A DNA stretch of 64,000 nucleotides from a marine actinobacterium MedAcidi-G2B (GTDB lineage Bacteria; Actinomycetota; Acidimicrobiia; Acidimicrobiales; MedAcidi-G1): positions 1,067-65,066 of the forward strand of contig JUEO01000004.1 of the NCBI GenBank assembly GCA_000817115.1, read 5' to 3'. The notes beneath the pieces are model-generated. The model was not told the DNA's origin and searched no databases. It saw only the letters and a list, made by a program, of their open reading frames with translations. Both the position numbers and the translations under genes were made by a program. Numbering within the stretch: position 1 is the first letter of the stretch; each line of letters begins with the position of its first letter. Of this stretch, positions 31,203-39,701 are shown piece after piece.

Positions 31203-32747
31203 ATGAATTCAGAAGTGACGCGAAAATCAAGAGACTCTCTTTATTATGTCGCGATTTCTGTTACTGCTGGAATTGTACTTTTGAATGTTTTCCTCCGATT
31301 CTTTGCTGACTCTCCCTTTTGGTTAGACGAAGCAATCTCTGCATCAATAGCGGAAAAAGGTCCAGGCGGCTTAGTGGAAGCTCTTCGTCATGATGGGCAC
31401 CCACCATTGTATTATTTGCTTCTTCACTGGTGGTCCATCATCATTGGAGATTCTGATTTTGCTCTAAGAGCGATGTCAGGAGTTTTCTCAGTCTTTTCCT
31501 TGTTTCTTATTTATCGAGTTGCTCAGAGGTTTACTGATAACTGGTTAAGGCTATTTGTTGTAGGTGTTTTAGCAAGCAGTCCTTTTGCGATTCGATATGC
31601 AACTGAAGTTCGAATGTATTCATTACTGGTTTTACTCATATTGGTCGCTCACCTTCTTATTCACAACGCATGGAGTAAGCCAACGCCCTGGAGGCTTTTT
31701 GCTGTTAGTTGTGTAACTGCAGCGTTGCTTTACACGCATTATTGGTCGTCATTCTTGATTTTGTCGTTAGGTTTGGTGCTGCTCATTGGAGTAATGCGCG
31801 GTAAAGACGAAATTGCTCAAAAAAATAAGAAGTTACTTCTTGCCGTGGTCGGAGGAGTAGCCTCTTTTCTTCCATGGCTTCCTGTCTTCATGGAACAACT
31901 AGCTCACACTGGGACACCGTGGTCAGACGCACCACGACCAACAGTAGTAGTGGCTTTAGCCTTGGAATCCTATGGAGGGGGAAGAGGATCTGAGGCCTTG
32001 CTAGTAGCAGTAGTAATAGTTGCACTGGCTACATTGGGACTTTTTTCGCGCAAACAAAGATTGGAAGAAGAGTTCGTAGTTGTTTTAGGGCAGACACAAC
32101 ACGAATTCCTCAAAATCTCTGCAGCGGTTGGAGCCTTAGCGATACTCCTAGGTGTATTAGCAAGCCTCATTTTTGATTCAGCTTTTCAGGGAAGGTATGG
32201 GGTCTTTGCATTTATTCCCATAGTTCTGGCGGTTGGAGTTGGTCTCAGCCAACTTCCGCGTCGAACAGGCATAGTTTTACTAGTTGTGCTCTCCCTAATA
32301 TCGGTAGTTTCCGTTGCGCGAGAGTTATCAAGAGATAGAACACAGATTGGTGAAATAGCCGCAAGCATAGAGAAAAATGGAACTGTTGGAGATTCGGTGG
32401 TTTTCTGTCCAGATCAACTCGCTCCGGCTGCCCACCGAGTTTTAGGGGAGGAGTTCAATCTTTATGCTTACCCCACTTTGGATAGTGGTGAAACTGTTGA
32501 CTGGTATGACTATGAACTTCGTAACGCTAATTCAGACCCAAGTGAAATCGCTGAAAGAATTCTCTCTCTGCATATTCCCGAACAATCTCTTTGGCTTGTA
32601 TGGATAGATGGATATAAAACCTTTGGTTCGCAGTGCGGAGAGTTAGAAAGAGAGCTAGCTGCTTTCTCTTCGAGCAGCAAGATCTTTGTTTCTTCAAATG
32701 GTGATGACTTTTACAACTCTGCGAATCTGACGAGATTCATGAAATGA
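31203..32747 (+). CDS. GT39/PMT-like membrane glycosyltransferase
   Basis: FWLDE, D.HPPLYY, EVRMYS, YTHYW; leaderless-type ATG 31203. Confidence 0.82.
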   Translation: MNSEVTRKSRDSLYYVAISVTAGIVLLNVFLRFFADSPFWLDEAISASIAEKGPGGLVEALRHDGHPPLYYLLLHWWSIIIGDSDFALRAMSGVFSVFSLFLIYRVAQRFTDNWLRLFVVGVLASSPFAIRYATEVRMYSLLVLLILVAHLLIHNAWSKPTPWRLFAVSCVTAALLYTHYWSSFLILSLGLVLLIGVMRGKDEIAQKNKKLLLAVVGGVASFLPWLPVFMEQLAHTGTPWSDAPRPTVVVALALESYGGGRGSEALLVAVVIVALATLGLFSRKQRLEEEFVVVLGQTQHEFLKISAAVGALAILLGVLASLIFDSAFQGRYGVFAFIPIVLAVGVGLSQLPRRTGIVLLVVLSLISVVSVARELSRDRTQIGEIAASIEKNGTVGDSVVFCPDQLAPAAHRVLGEEFNLYAYPTLDSGETVDWYDYELRNANSDPSEIAERILSLHIPEQSLWLVWIDGYKTFGSQCGELERELAAFSSSSKIFVSSNGDDFYNSANLTRFMK

Positions 32748-33841
32748 AATTTACCCAAACTAGAAGATTTCATAAAGATTTGATTTCAGTTTTCTTTGCT
32801 TGGTTTACTTCAAGAATAGTGGTTGTAGCAACTATGTGGATCACTAATTTGTTTGCATCAAGTGAGGCACGTGAGTTCAGTTCTCAAGGATTTCGATTAT
32901 GGGACGCTGGGTGGTATCAACAACTGATTTCGGGCACCTATGCGGAGTTAGGCGAAGAAGCTTTCCGTTTCTTTCCGGGGTTTGTCCTTCTCGGAAGGTT
33001 GGTCAAACCTCTTCTTGGGGGAGATGAAGTACTGGCTTCAGTGTTGATAGCGAACCTCTTCTCGCTTTGCATGTTTGCTGTTCTCTATCGGCTAGTCATA
33101 GTTGAGACAGGTAATGTCGCCAGAGCGAAAATTACAGTTTGGATGTTGGCACTATTCCCCACAGCTTTTGTTTTGGTTTGGGGTTATGCCGAAAGCTTGT
33201 TTATAACTCTGACGTTGGTCGTTTTCTTGGCTCTGAAGAAACAAAATTGGAAAATGGTGGCTCTTGTTGCCTTCTTAGCTGGTCTTACTAGACCCACAGG
33301 AGCGTTGATCGCAGTTGCTGTTGTAACTGCGTCAGGGTTTTGGAATATGGCAAGCGGTTTCAAAGGTCGTGTTGAGCGTTTAGCAGCTTTCACCGGCGGG
33401 CCGTTGGGTGTGATGGTTTTTCTGTTGTGGTCAAATTCTCAAAATGAAGAAAAATGGGTTCCCTTTACTGTCCAGGAAGAATTTCGTGGTGGTTTTGTAG
33501 ATCCGGTGCGGCGATTGGTTTCAGGTGTTAGAGAAATTTTTGCTTTGGATCCAGATGGATTGCATGTGTTATTTGCGTTTAGTTTTTTTCTTCTCTTAGT
33601 AGTTGTTTGGAAGAACCTCCCTCGACATTATTTCTTTTACGCTTTTGTTTCTTTACTGGTAGCTGTATCTGCGGAGAATCTAAATAGTTTGGAGCGTTAT
33701 GTCATGGCCGCGTTTCCATTTGTCATGGCACTAGCGGTCTTTATCGATAAGAAGAAGTTTCAGAAGGTGGTGTATCCGCTGTCAGCAGTTTGTTTAGTTG
33801 CTTGCACAGTCGCATCAGTTACGGGGCGGTACGTTCCGTAA
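32744..33841 (+). CDS. Mannosyltransferase-like (PIG-V/GT76-type) membrane protein
   Basis: WDAGWY, FFPG, YAESLF, TRPTG; ATGA overlap with the upstream gene. Confidence 0.8.
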   Translation: MKFTQTRRFHKDLISVFFAWFTSRIVVVATMWITNLFASSEAREFSSQGFRLWDAGWYQQLISGTYAELGEEAFRFFPGFVLLGRLVKPLLGGDEVLASVLIANLFSLCMFAVLYRLVIVETGNVARAKITVWMLALFPTAFVLVWGYAESLFITLTLVVFLALKKQNWKMVALVAFLAGLTRPTGALIAVAVVTASGFWNMASGFKGRVERLAAFTGGPLGVMVFLLWSNSQNEEKWVPFTVQEEFRGGFVDPVRRLVSGVREIFALDPDGLHVLFAFSFFLLLVVVWKNLPRHYFFYAFVSLLVAVSAENLNSLERYVMAAFPFVMALAVFIDKKKFQKVVYPLSAVCLVACTVASVTGRYVP

Positions 33842-33842
33842 T

Positions 33843-33930
33843 AAAAGTGGCTATAACGCGGAAACGACCCCAAGTAGCCTTCCGGCGAACCGGTTAACTC
33901 CTTGGAGTCGCTCCTAGCGTTGCGTGCCAC
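33843..33930 (-). terminator. 3'-terminal long irregular hairpin plus UUUU tract of the putative ncRNA
   Basis: gtggc(33847-51)/gccac(33926-30) closes an ~84-nt stem capped by CCGG-UUCG-CCGG, followed on the minus strand by UUUUAUU. Confidence 0.6.
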
Positions 33931-34445
33931 CGAATGAGAACTTCCTAAGAAGTACCATTCCTGAATAAAAAACTCCGAAGAGTTTATTATCCGAACATAA
34001 ATTCAACTTCTCGACAGGAGAAGAACTTATGTCTGGTAAACCGTAAACTCTCGAGAGAGTTAACTAACAGGATTCTTTTGATACCGAAGTATCTAAAGAA
34101 CCTGATTCGTTTGACACATCGAAACAAGATCCACTCAACTGTTTTTGTTGTCCGTCAACAACTTCACAGCTTTGTGCTGCAATTAAATGCAGACCTTGGA
34201 TCGACTGAGGTGCTTATTGGTTAGAGGTTGAAGTCCGAAGACTTTAACGTTCCTACCAACTCGACACCTCAGTGCCTACGGCTGACTTACTAATTCCCAA
34301 AGGAACCAGTGTGTCACGGTCCTCCCCAAACATTTAATGGAAACTTTCCCAAGAATTTGACGGTCCTCCGCTGGAACCAGCTTTCGCTTTTTCCAGGGGT
34401 GGTGTCGGTTTCGTTGGTTCCGATAACCACGCTATATTTGGCGTG
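33843..34445 (-). ncRNA. Putative large (~600 nt) structured non-coding RNA, unassigned family
   Basis: No ORF of 60 aa or more; nearly contiguous stem-loops with C(UUCG)G x3, G(UUCG)C, C(UUAG)G, C(UUUG)G and GAAA loops on the minus strand; G-U-containing helices; promoter upstream and hairpin plus U-tract at the 3' end. Confidence 0.75.
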
Positions 34446-34450
34446 AAAGC

Positions 34451-34479
34451 ATCTTGCCTGATCTTTTCTTGCGAGTCAA
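34451..34479 (-). promoter_or_regulatory. SigmaA-like promoter TTGACT-N17-CAAGAT
   Basis: Minus strand: -35 at 34479-34474, 17-nt spacer, -10 at 34456-34451 (non-canonical first base); predicted TSS about 34444. Confidence 0.6.
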
Positions 34480-34533
34480 CTCATTTTTAGGTATTCCCCA
34501 GAACTTTGGTCAATTTCCCCAAAGATTCTCTCT

Positions 34534-34553
34534 CTTTCCACATCCTGTCCACA
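34534..34553 (+). promoter_or_regulatory. Pair of DnaA-box-like sites
   Basis: ctttccaca (34534-42) and ctgtccaca (34545-53), each one mismatch from a DnaA-box consensus (TTWTNCACA; actinobacterial TTGTCCACA), 2 nt apart. Confidence 0.4.
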
Positions 34554-34583
34554 GAAAAAGATGAATTTTGGGGTTATTGAGCG

Positions 34584-34973
34584 TTAATTAACTAGTAGGA
34601 CTCCACTCAAAAGTGCACCAAGGGCAGTTAAAAGTCCAAGCGCACCCGTAGCCGCACGAAGAGGAACAGATTTTGTTCGACTATGTATAAGAGCAGAGGC
34701 ACCTGAAACAGCCACCAAGAGTAATTTGATGAACAGCGTTATTTGGTACGCAGAGTCTTTGTTTGACAACTCGATTTCAAAAATGCTCCAAATTCCGGTA
34801 ATCAAAGCAAGCAATAGAAAAGTCCAAGCAAAACGTCCAAATCTTTCTGCAGCGAGACGAGGAGCATCGGGACTGATTTTACGGAGGACTGGTACGAGAC
34901 TTACCATCAAGAGCTGTCCGCCGACCCAACCGCAAATTGAAATGATGTGTAAGAAGATGCGGGCAGTGTTCAT
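34584..34973 (-). CDS. CopD-like small membrane protein
   Basis: LHIISICGWVGG, four TM segments. Confidence 0.7.
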   Translation of the reverse strand: MNTARIFLHIISICGWVGGQLLMVSLVPVLRKISPDAPRLAAERFGRFAWTFLLLALITGIWSIFEIELSNKDSAYQITLFIKLLLVAVSGASALIHSRTKSVPLRAATGALGLLTALGALLSGVLLVN

Positions 34974-34980
34974 TTGCTGC

Positions 34981-35739
34981 TCAACTCCACAATTTTCTTT
35001 CTGTTAATATTTCCTTCAACAGGGCAGGTTTGTCTGTCATGATGCCGTCAACTCCAAGATCTATAAGTCGGTTCATTTCTGCTGGATCATCAATGGTCCA
35101 AATATGAACTTGAAGGTTTTGTTCGTGAGCGTTATCGACAAATCTTTTATCAACCAAAGTAATTCCATTTTGTTTGACAGGAACTTGAAGGCAATTGAAA
35201 TACAACTTTGCCTTGCCTATGCCAAAGTTTGAAGCTTTGAATCGTGCTACGCCTTGAGGCCCAGCAGAAACGCAAGCTTTTCCTTCCATGAGAGTTTGAA
35301 AGTGTTTTATTCTGCGATCAGAAAAAGCGCCTATGCAGACTCTATGTAGCGCACTGTGTTTTTGCAGTAAATTTGCAAGAGGTTCAACTACAGCATCGTG
35401 TTTCGGATCAATGTTTATATTTACTTGCGGAAACTCTTCAAGAACTTCTTCCAATAAAGGTATTGGATCGCTTCCGCCAACACGGGCTTGTTCGACTTCC
35501 TTCCAAGTAAGTTCAGATATCAATCCAGTTGAATCAGTTACACGATCAAGTTTTGTGTCATGGAAAGCTATGACTGTTCCATCTGCTGTGAGATGCACAT
35601 CAGTTTCGATGTATTTGTAACCCATGTCAACCGCATGCTGGAAAGCTCGAAGCGTGTTTTCTGGCCAGTTGCCAGTCCCACCGCGGTGGGCAAATGCTAA
35701 GAACGGATCAGATCCGAAATAAGAATGTTTATTATTCAC
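34981..35739 (-). CDS. Glycerophosphodiester phosphodiesterase
   Basis: AHRGG..PENT..AF, ETDV, HD..LDR, WTIDD, GVDGIMTD. Confidence 0.92.
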   Translation of the reverse strand: MNNKHSYFGSDPFLAFAHRGGTGNWPENTLRAFQHAVDMGYKYIETDVHLTADGTVIAFHDTKLDRVTDSTGLISELTWKEVEQARVGGSDPIPLLEEVLEEFPQVNINIDPKHDAVVEPLANLLQKHSALHRVCIGAFSDRRIKHFQTLMEGKACVSAGPQGVARFKASNFGIGKAKLYFNCLQVPVKQNGITLVDKRFVDNAHEQNLQVHIWTIDDPAEMNRLIDLGVDGIMTDKPALLKEILTERKLWS

Positions 35740-35821
35740 GGGACAACACCTTACGCAAGTTAGAGGAAAACCGGTCAGTTAATCGCATTCCAATAGATTT
35801 TGTTGCGGTAGCGTGGAAGTT

Positions 35822-37255
35822 GTGACACGTAGAACGAAAATCATTGCAACTATAGGCCCTGCCTCAGAGTCTGAAGAGGTTTTACGGGAGATGATCCAAG
35901 CAGGCATGGATATAGCGCGTATCGGATTAGCGCACGGAACCTACGAATTGGCTGAAGAACGAATACACAGAATCAGGAAAATCGCTGCAGAAGAAGGTAA
36001 GGCAGTAGGAATTCTGATTGATTTACCTGGACCCAAGATACGGGTAGGAGATTTTGGTCGGGAACAATTGCTGCTAGAAGAAGGAAGTCAAGTTGATTTA
36101 GTTGTCGGCGATCATAAAAGCACGGAAAAAAGGATTGAAGTTGACTATGACGATCTTCTCGAGCATGTGAAAGAAGGATCAGAGTTAAACATCGGTGACG
36201 GAAGAGCTGTTTTAAGGGTCGAAGAGATTTTTGATGATCGACTGAAATCTGTTGTTGTGCATGGAGGGGTGCTCTCTGGTCGACCCGGAGTTCATATACC
36301 TTCAGATCAACTTTCTTTGACTGCGCCAACTATGGAAGACCTCGAAGCAGTGGAACGATTTATTCCGTTAGGTATTGACATTTTGGCTTTATCTTTTGTC
36401 CGGACAGCAAAAGATATAGAACGATTGAACTTACCGCCACATCCTGAAGGGCCTTTAGTAGTAGCGAAGATTGAGACTCAAGCGGCCTTAGAAGATTTGC
36501 CAGGAATAATAGATTCAGCGGGGGCCGTAATGGTTGCTCGAGGTGACCTTGGTCAAGAGTATGGGATAGAGGGCCTACCGATGCTTCAGAAAAACATTAT
36601 AAGAAAATGCATCGCTTCTGGCCGTCCTGCGATTACAGCCACTCAGATGTTAGAAAGCATGGTTGATTCTCCTGAGCCAACACGGGCCGAAGTCTCTGAT
36701 GTCGCTAATGCGGTGTGGGATGGTTCAAGTGCGGTGATGCTTTCTGGTGAAACAGCAATCGGATCAGACCCAGTAAACGTGATATCTACAATGGGTCGAA
36801 TTGTCGCTCGTGCCGATCAGGAATTTGATCACCGTAGTTGGGCTAACGACCTCGCTGAAATCCGATTAACAAATAGGGATGCAGTAGAGACTTCAATAAC
36901 TGATGCGATGACATTAGCTACTTCGCGTGCAGTTGTTGAGCTAGGAATCAAAACTATTGTTTGCATATCTGGTTCGGGTTTCACCGTTCGTTCCATGGCT
37001 CGATTTAGGCCTTCAGCACGAATACTTGGCTTAAGTAGCGACGAGAAGACAGTTGGACAATTATGTCTTAGTTGGGGAACTGAACCGCGATATTTGTCAG
37101 TTGAAGGAACTATTGATGACCGGGTTGTTGCAGCACTACAGTTGGCCAGAGATAATGGTGACCTCAAAGCAGGAGAAATGGTTGCTGTGCTCGCAGGAAC
37201 TAGCGACTCGTCTAGATCAACAAATGTTCTACGAATAGAACAAGTGCCTGCTTAA
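35822..37255 (+). CDS. pyk: Pyruvate kinase
   Basis: RRTKIIATIGP, DLPGPKIR, MVARGDLG, ATQMLESM, MLSGET; leaderless-type GTG 35822. Confidence 0.95.
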   Translation: MTRRTKIIATIGPASESEEVLREMIQAGMDIARIGLAHGTYELAEERIHRIRKIAAEEGKAVGILIDLPGPKIRVGDFGREQLLLEEGSQVDLVVGDHKSTEKRIEVDYDDLLEHVKEGSELNIGDGRAVLRVEEIFDDRLKSVVVHGGVLSGRPGVHIPSDQLSLTAPTMEDLEAVERFIPLGIDILALSFVRTAKDIERLNLPPHPEGPLVVAKIETQAALEDLPGIIDSAGAVMVARGDLGQEYGIEGLPMLQKNIIRKCIASGRPAITATQMLESMVDSPEPTRAEVSDVANAVWDGSSAVMLSGETAIGSDPVNVISTMGRIVARADQEFDHRSWANDLAEIRLTNRDAVETSITDAMTLATSRAVVELGIKTIVCISGSGFTVRSMARFRPSARILGLSSDEKTVGQLCLSWGTEPRYLSVEGTIDDRVVAALQLARDNGDLKAGEMVAVLAGTSDSSRSTNVLRIEQVPA

Positions 37256-37280
37256 ATTCCTTCAATACTTTTGGAATGAT

Positions 37281-37589
37281 TCATTCACAGTTAGGGTTTT
37301 TGTCAACAGGAATTTGAACCGTTTGTCCAAAAAGGTCGCAAGAACAAGTTTCAACACAATCTGTCAGTTGACCGCGTTGTTGCCATAAAGAAAAACTTAA
37401 TCCCACAGCGAGAACAAGCAGCAAAGACCTAAATACGACTTTTCTAACCACTCGAAAGATAAGCCAGGTCCCGACAACAACCAAAGCTATCGCAGCGACG
37501 CTTAATCCTTTTAGAAGATCTGGATCCGCCCAAGAAGGCAGTTCTCCTATCTCGGGTATAACAGAAAGATCAATGAAATATAGAAGCAT
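37281..37589 (-). CDS. Small membrane protein with C-terminal Cys cluster
   Basis: Two TM helices, then CxxxCxC...C; TATTAT-6nt-ATG start. Confidence 0.65.
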   Translation of the reverse strand: MLLYFIDLSVIPEIGELPSWADPDLLKGLSVAAIALVVVGTWLIFRVVRKVVFRSLLLVLAVGLSFSLWQQRGQLTDCVETCSCDLFGQTVQIPVDKNPNCE

Positions 37590-37651
37590 TTTCACATAAT
37601 AGGTTGCCGAGCGTGTCCTATGGGATATATGTCAAGAACTAGACTACTGAC

Positions 37652-38236
37652 ATGACTAAGAACCCTCCATTTGTAGGCGTAGTTCTTAATGGTGGACGTA
37701 GTGAACGGATGGGCACAGACAAGGCGAATCTTTTGTTGAATGGAAAGACGCTTCTTGAGTCATCTGTCTTAAAACTAAAGGAAGCGTCTGCTTCTTCGAT
37801 TTTAATTATCGGTAAAGCGTTAACGGAAGAATTTGAAATAGAGGTAACGGTTATCAAAGATCTGTGGCCTAACGAAGGACCACTTGGTGGCATTTTGACC
37901 GCGCTTCAATTTTTAGAAGGTACTGAGTTGCCGGTGGTAATTGTTGCATGCGACTTTCCGGAACTTGATACGAAAGAAATAACAAATCTGGTAAAGCATG
38001 CTTACTTAAATAAAGACTCCATAATCGTTCCTCGCGTTGGAGGAATAAACCAGTGGATGCATTCGTGCTGGCCTACTAGTTCTACAGAACATTTAAGTAA
38101 ATCATTTTTGGGTGGCGAACGTGCTCCATATAGAGCAGTTGCTGGTCATGAGATAGTAGTTTTAGATCGGAAAAAAGAGTCGGCTTATTTCGATGTAGAC
38201 ACTCCGGAAGATTTCGAAAAGGTAAAAATACGATGA
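37652..38236 (+). CDS. Molybdenum cofactor guanylyltransferase (MobA-like)
   Basis: GGRSERMGTDKA, GPLGGI, ACD.P, DVDTPED. Confidence 0.8.
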   Translation: MTKNPPFVGVVLNGGRSERMGTDKANLLLNGKTLLESSVLKLKEASASSILIIGKALTEEFEIEVTVIKDLWPNEGPLGGILTALQFLEGTELPVVIVACDFPELDTKEITNLVKHAYLNKDSIIVPRVGGINQWMHSCWPTSSTEHLSKSFLGGERAPYRAVAGHEIVVLDRKKESAYFDVDTPEDFEKVKIR

Positions 38237-39429
38237 AGAGAAATAAGCCAGAAACAATTACTGGTGCTGAATTTTTTCAAGACTTTACCTACATTGAAGA
38301 TCAAAAAGTCTTTGAGGACTTAGTAGATGCTCTTTTGTTAGAAAAACGAGTAGCAATAGATACTGAATTCCATCGAGAACGCACTTATTTCCCAAGTGTG
38401 GCGCTTATTCAAATAGCGCACGCGAAGGGAATCTCTCTTATTGATCCACTTAAAGTTAATTTAAGGGGACTTTCAAGGCTGCTAAACAGTCAGGTCTTGA
38501 TCATCATGCATGCGGCAAGTCAGGATCTTGAAGTCTTTCAGCACGTCTGTGGGGTTGTCCCTAAATGCCTATTTGACACTCAAGTGGCTGCTGGATTTTT
38601 AGGGATGTCAACCCCATCGTTATCTGCTTTATATGAAAAGCAATTGGGAATTCTAATTAAGAAAGAGAGCCGGCTTACTGACTGGATGGCTCGGCCGTTG
38701 AGTAGTTCGCAACTTGAGTATGCAGCAAACGATGTTCGCTATCTTTTACAGATGTACGACCAGATAAGCGCAGAGTTAGAAGACCGGGGGAGGACTACAT
38801 GGGTCGAAGCAGAATGCTCAATTCTTTTGGAAAAAGAAAAGAGACGTCGTATTCCCGAGGAAGCTTGGAAGAAAATTAAAGAAGGAAAGAATCTTCGCGG
38901 GAATGCACAAAATAATATTAGAGCACTAGCAGCATGGAGAGAAACAAAAGCTGCAAAATTAAATATTCCAGTACGTTACGTATTCCCGGACATAGCGCTA
39001 GTAGCGATCGCTCAACAAGAACCAAAGAATTTAAATTCTCTCGAATCTATTCGCGGCGTCGAAACGAGACACCTCAAGAATTCTTTCCCAAAAGAAATCT
39101 TTGCCGAACTCAAGTCGGCGAAAGAACTGGAACCTCTGCCACAAAAAGAGAAACAAGGAAAAGACAAAAGTAAAGATTTGAGAGCTGGAGTAACTCTTGT
39201 CTCAGCTTGGGTAGCACAAGCAGCACGTCAACTAGATCTCGATCCAGCTATTTTGGGCACCAGATCAGATGTAGAAGCATTAGTTCGTGGCGACAGTGAT
39301 GCGCGGATGAGTAAGGGATGGCGGAATGAAATAGTAGGAGAATCAGTCAAAGAACTATTGAAAGGCGAAGCTGCTTTAGCATTCGATGGTGATGCAGGAT
39401 TAGTTCTTGAGAGTCGTAAAAGAAGATAA
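38233..39429 (+). CDS. rnd: Ribonuclease D
   Basis: AIDTEFHRERTY, HAASQDLE, FDTQVAAG, DW..RPL, YAANDV, HRDC domain. Confidence 0.92.
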   Translation: MKRNKPETITGAEFFQDFTYIEDQKVFEDLVDALLLEKRVAIDTEFHRERTYFPSVALIQIAHAKGISLIDPLKVNLRGLSRLLNSQVLIIMHAASQDLEVFQHVCGVVPKCLFDTQVAAGFLGMSTPSLSALYEKQLGILIKKESRLTDWMARPLSSSQLEYAANDVRYLLQMYDQISAELEDRGRTTWVEAECSILLEKEKRRRIPEEAWKKIKEGKNLRGNAQNNIRALAAWRETKAAKLNIPVRYVFPDIALVAIAQQEPKNLNSLESIRGVETRHLKNSFPKEIFAELKSAKELEPLPQKEKQGKDKSKDLRAGVTLVSAWVAQAARQLDLDPAILGTRSDVEALVRGDSDARMSKGWRNEIVGESVKELLKGEAALAFDGDAGLVLESRKRR

Positions 39430-39501
39430 ACTGAGAGTCCCTCAGGCTTTAAAATTTGATAGTTAAAGTATTAGAAACAGTAAGAAAATATCAGGAGTAA
39501 C

Positions 39502-39693
39502 GTGGTGAAAAAAGGAAGACATCGCAGATTTGAAGAAGCGCGCGCACTGAAGCGTAGTGATGATTTGGATCTTGATTCAATTTTTGACAGTCTTGCCTCA
39601 GAGGAAGAAGAGGAGAATGTCTCTCCTGCGCATGCGGCTTGGGCTGACGAGTTTGAAGAAGTAGAAGAAACAGAAGAAGAAGAGGCTTCTTAA
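39502..39693 (+). CDS. Small protein with basic N-terminus and acidic C-terminus
   Basis: 63 aa; SD AGGAG; fills the gap between rnd and the ClC gene. Confidence 0.6.
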   Translation: MVKKGRHRRFEEARALKRSDDLDLDSIFDSLASEEEEENVSPAHAAWADEFEEVEETEEEEAS

Positions 39694-39701
39694 GGTTTTA
39701 T

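Noticed and set aside
34276-34317. 13-codon minus-strand mini-ORF (GTG ACA CAC TGG...TAG) after GGAGG
   Set aside because: The SD-start spacing is only 3 nt and the ORF lies inside a stable hairpin.
33843-34445. Assignment of the structured gap to RNase P RNA, tmRNA, SRP RNA, an intron or a CRISPR array
   Set aside because: No GAGGAAAGUCC, no tRNA-like ends, CCGGAAGG is not followed by the SRP AGCAG, no group II domain V, and the hairpins are not identical repeats with spacers.
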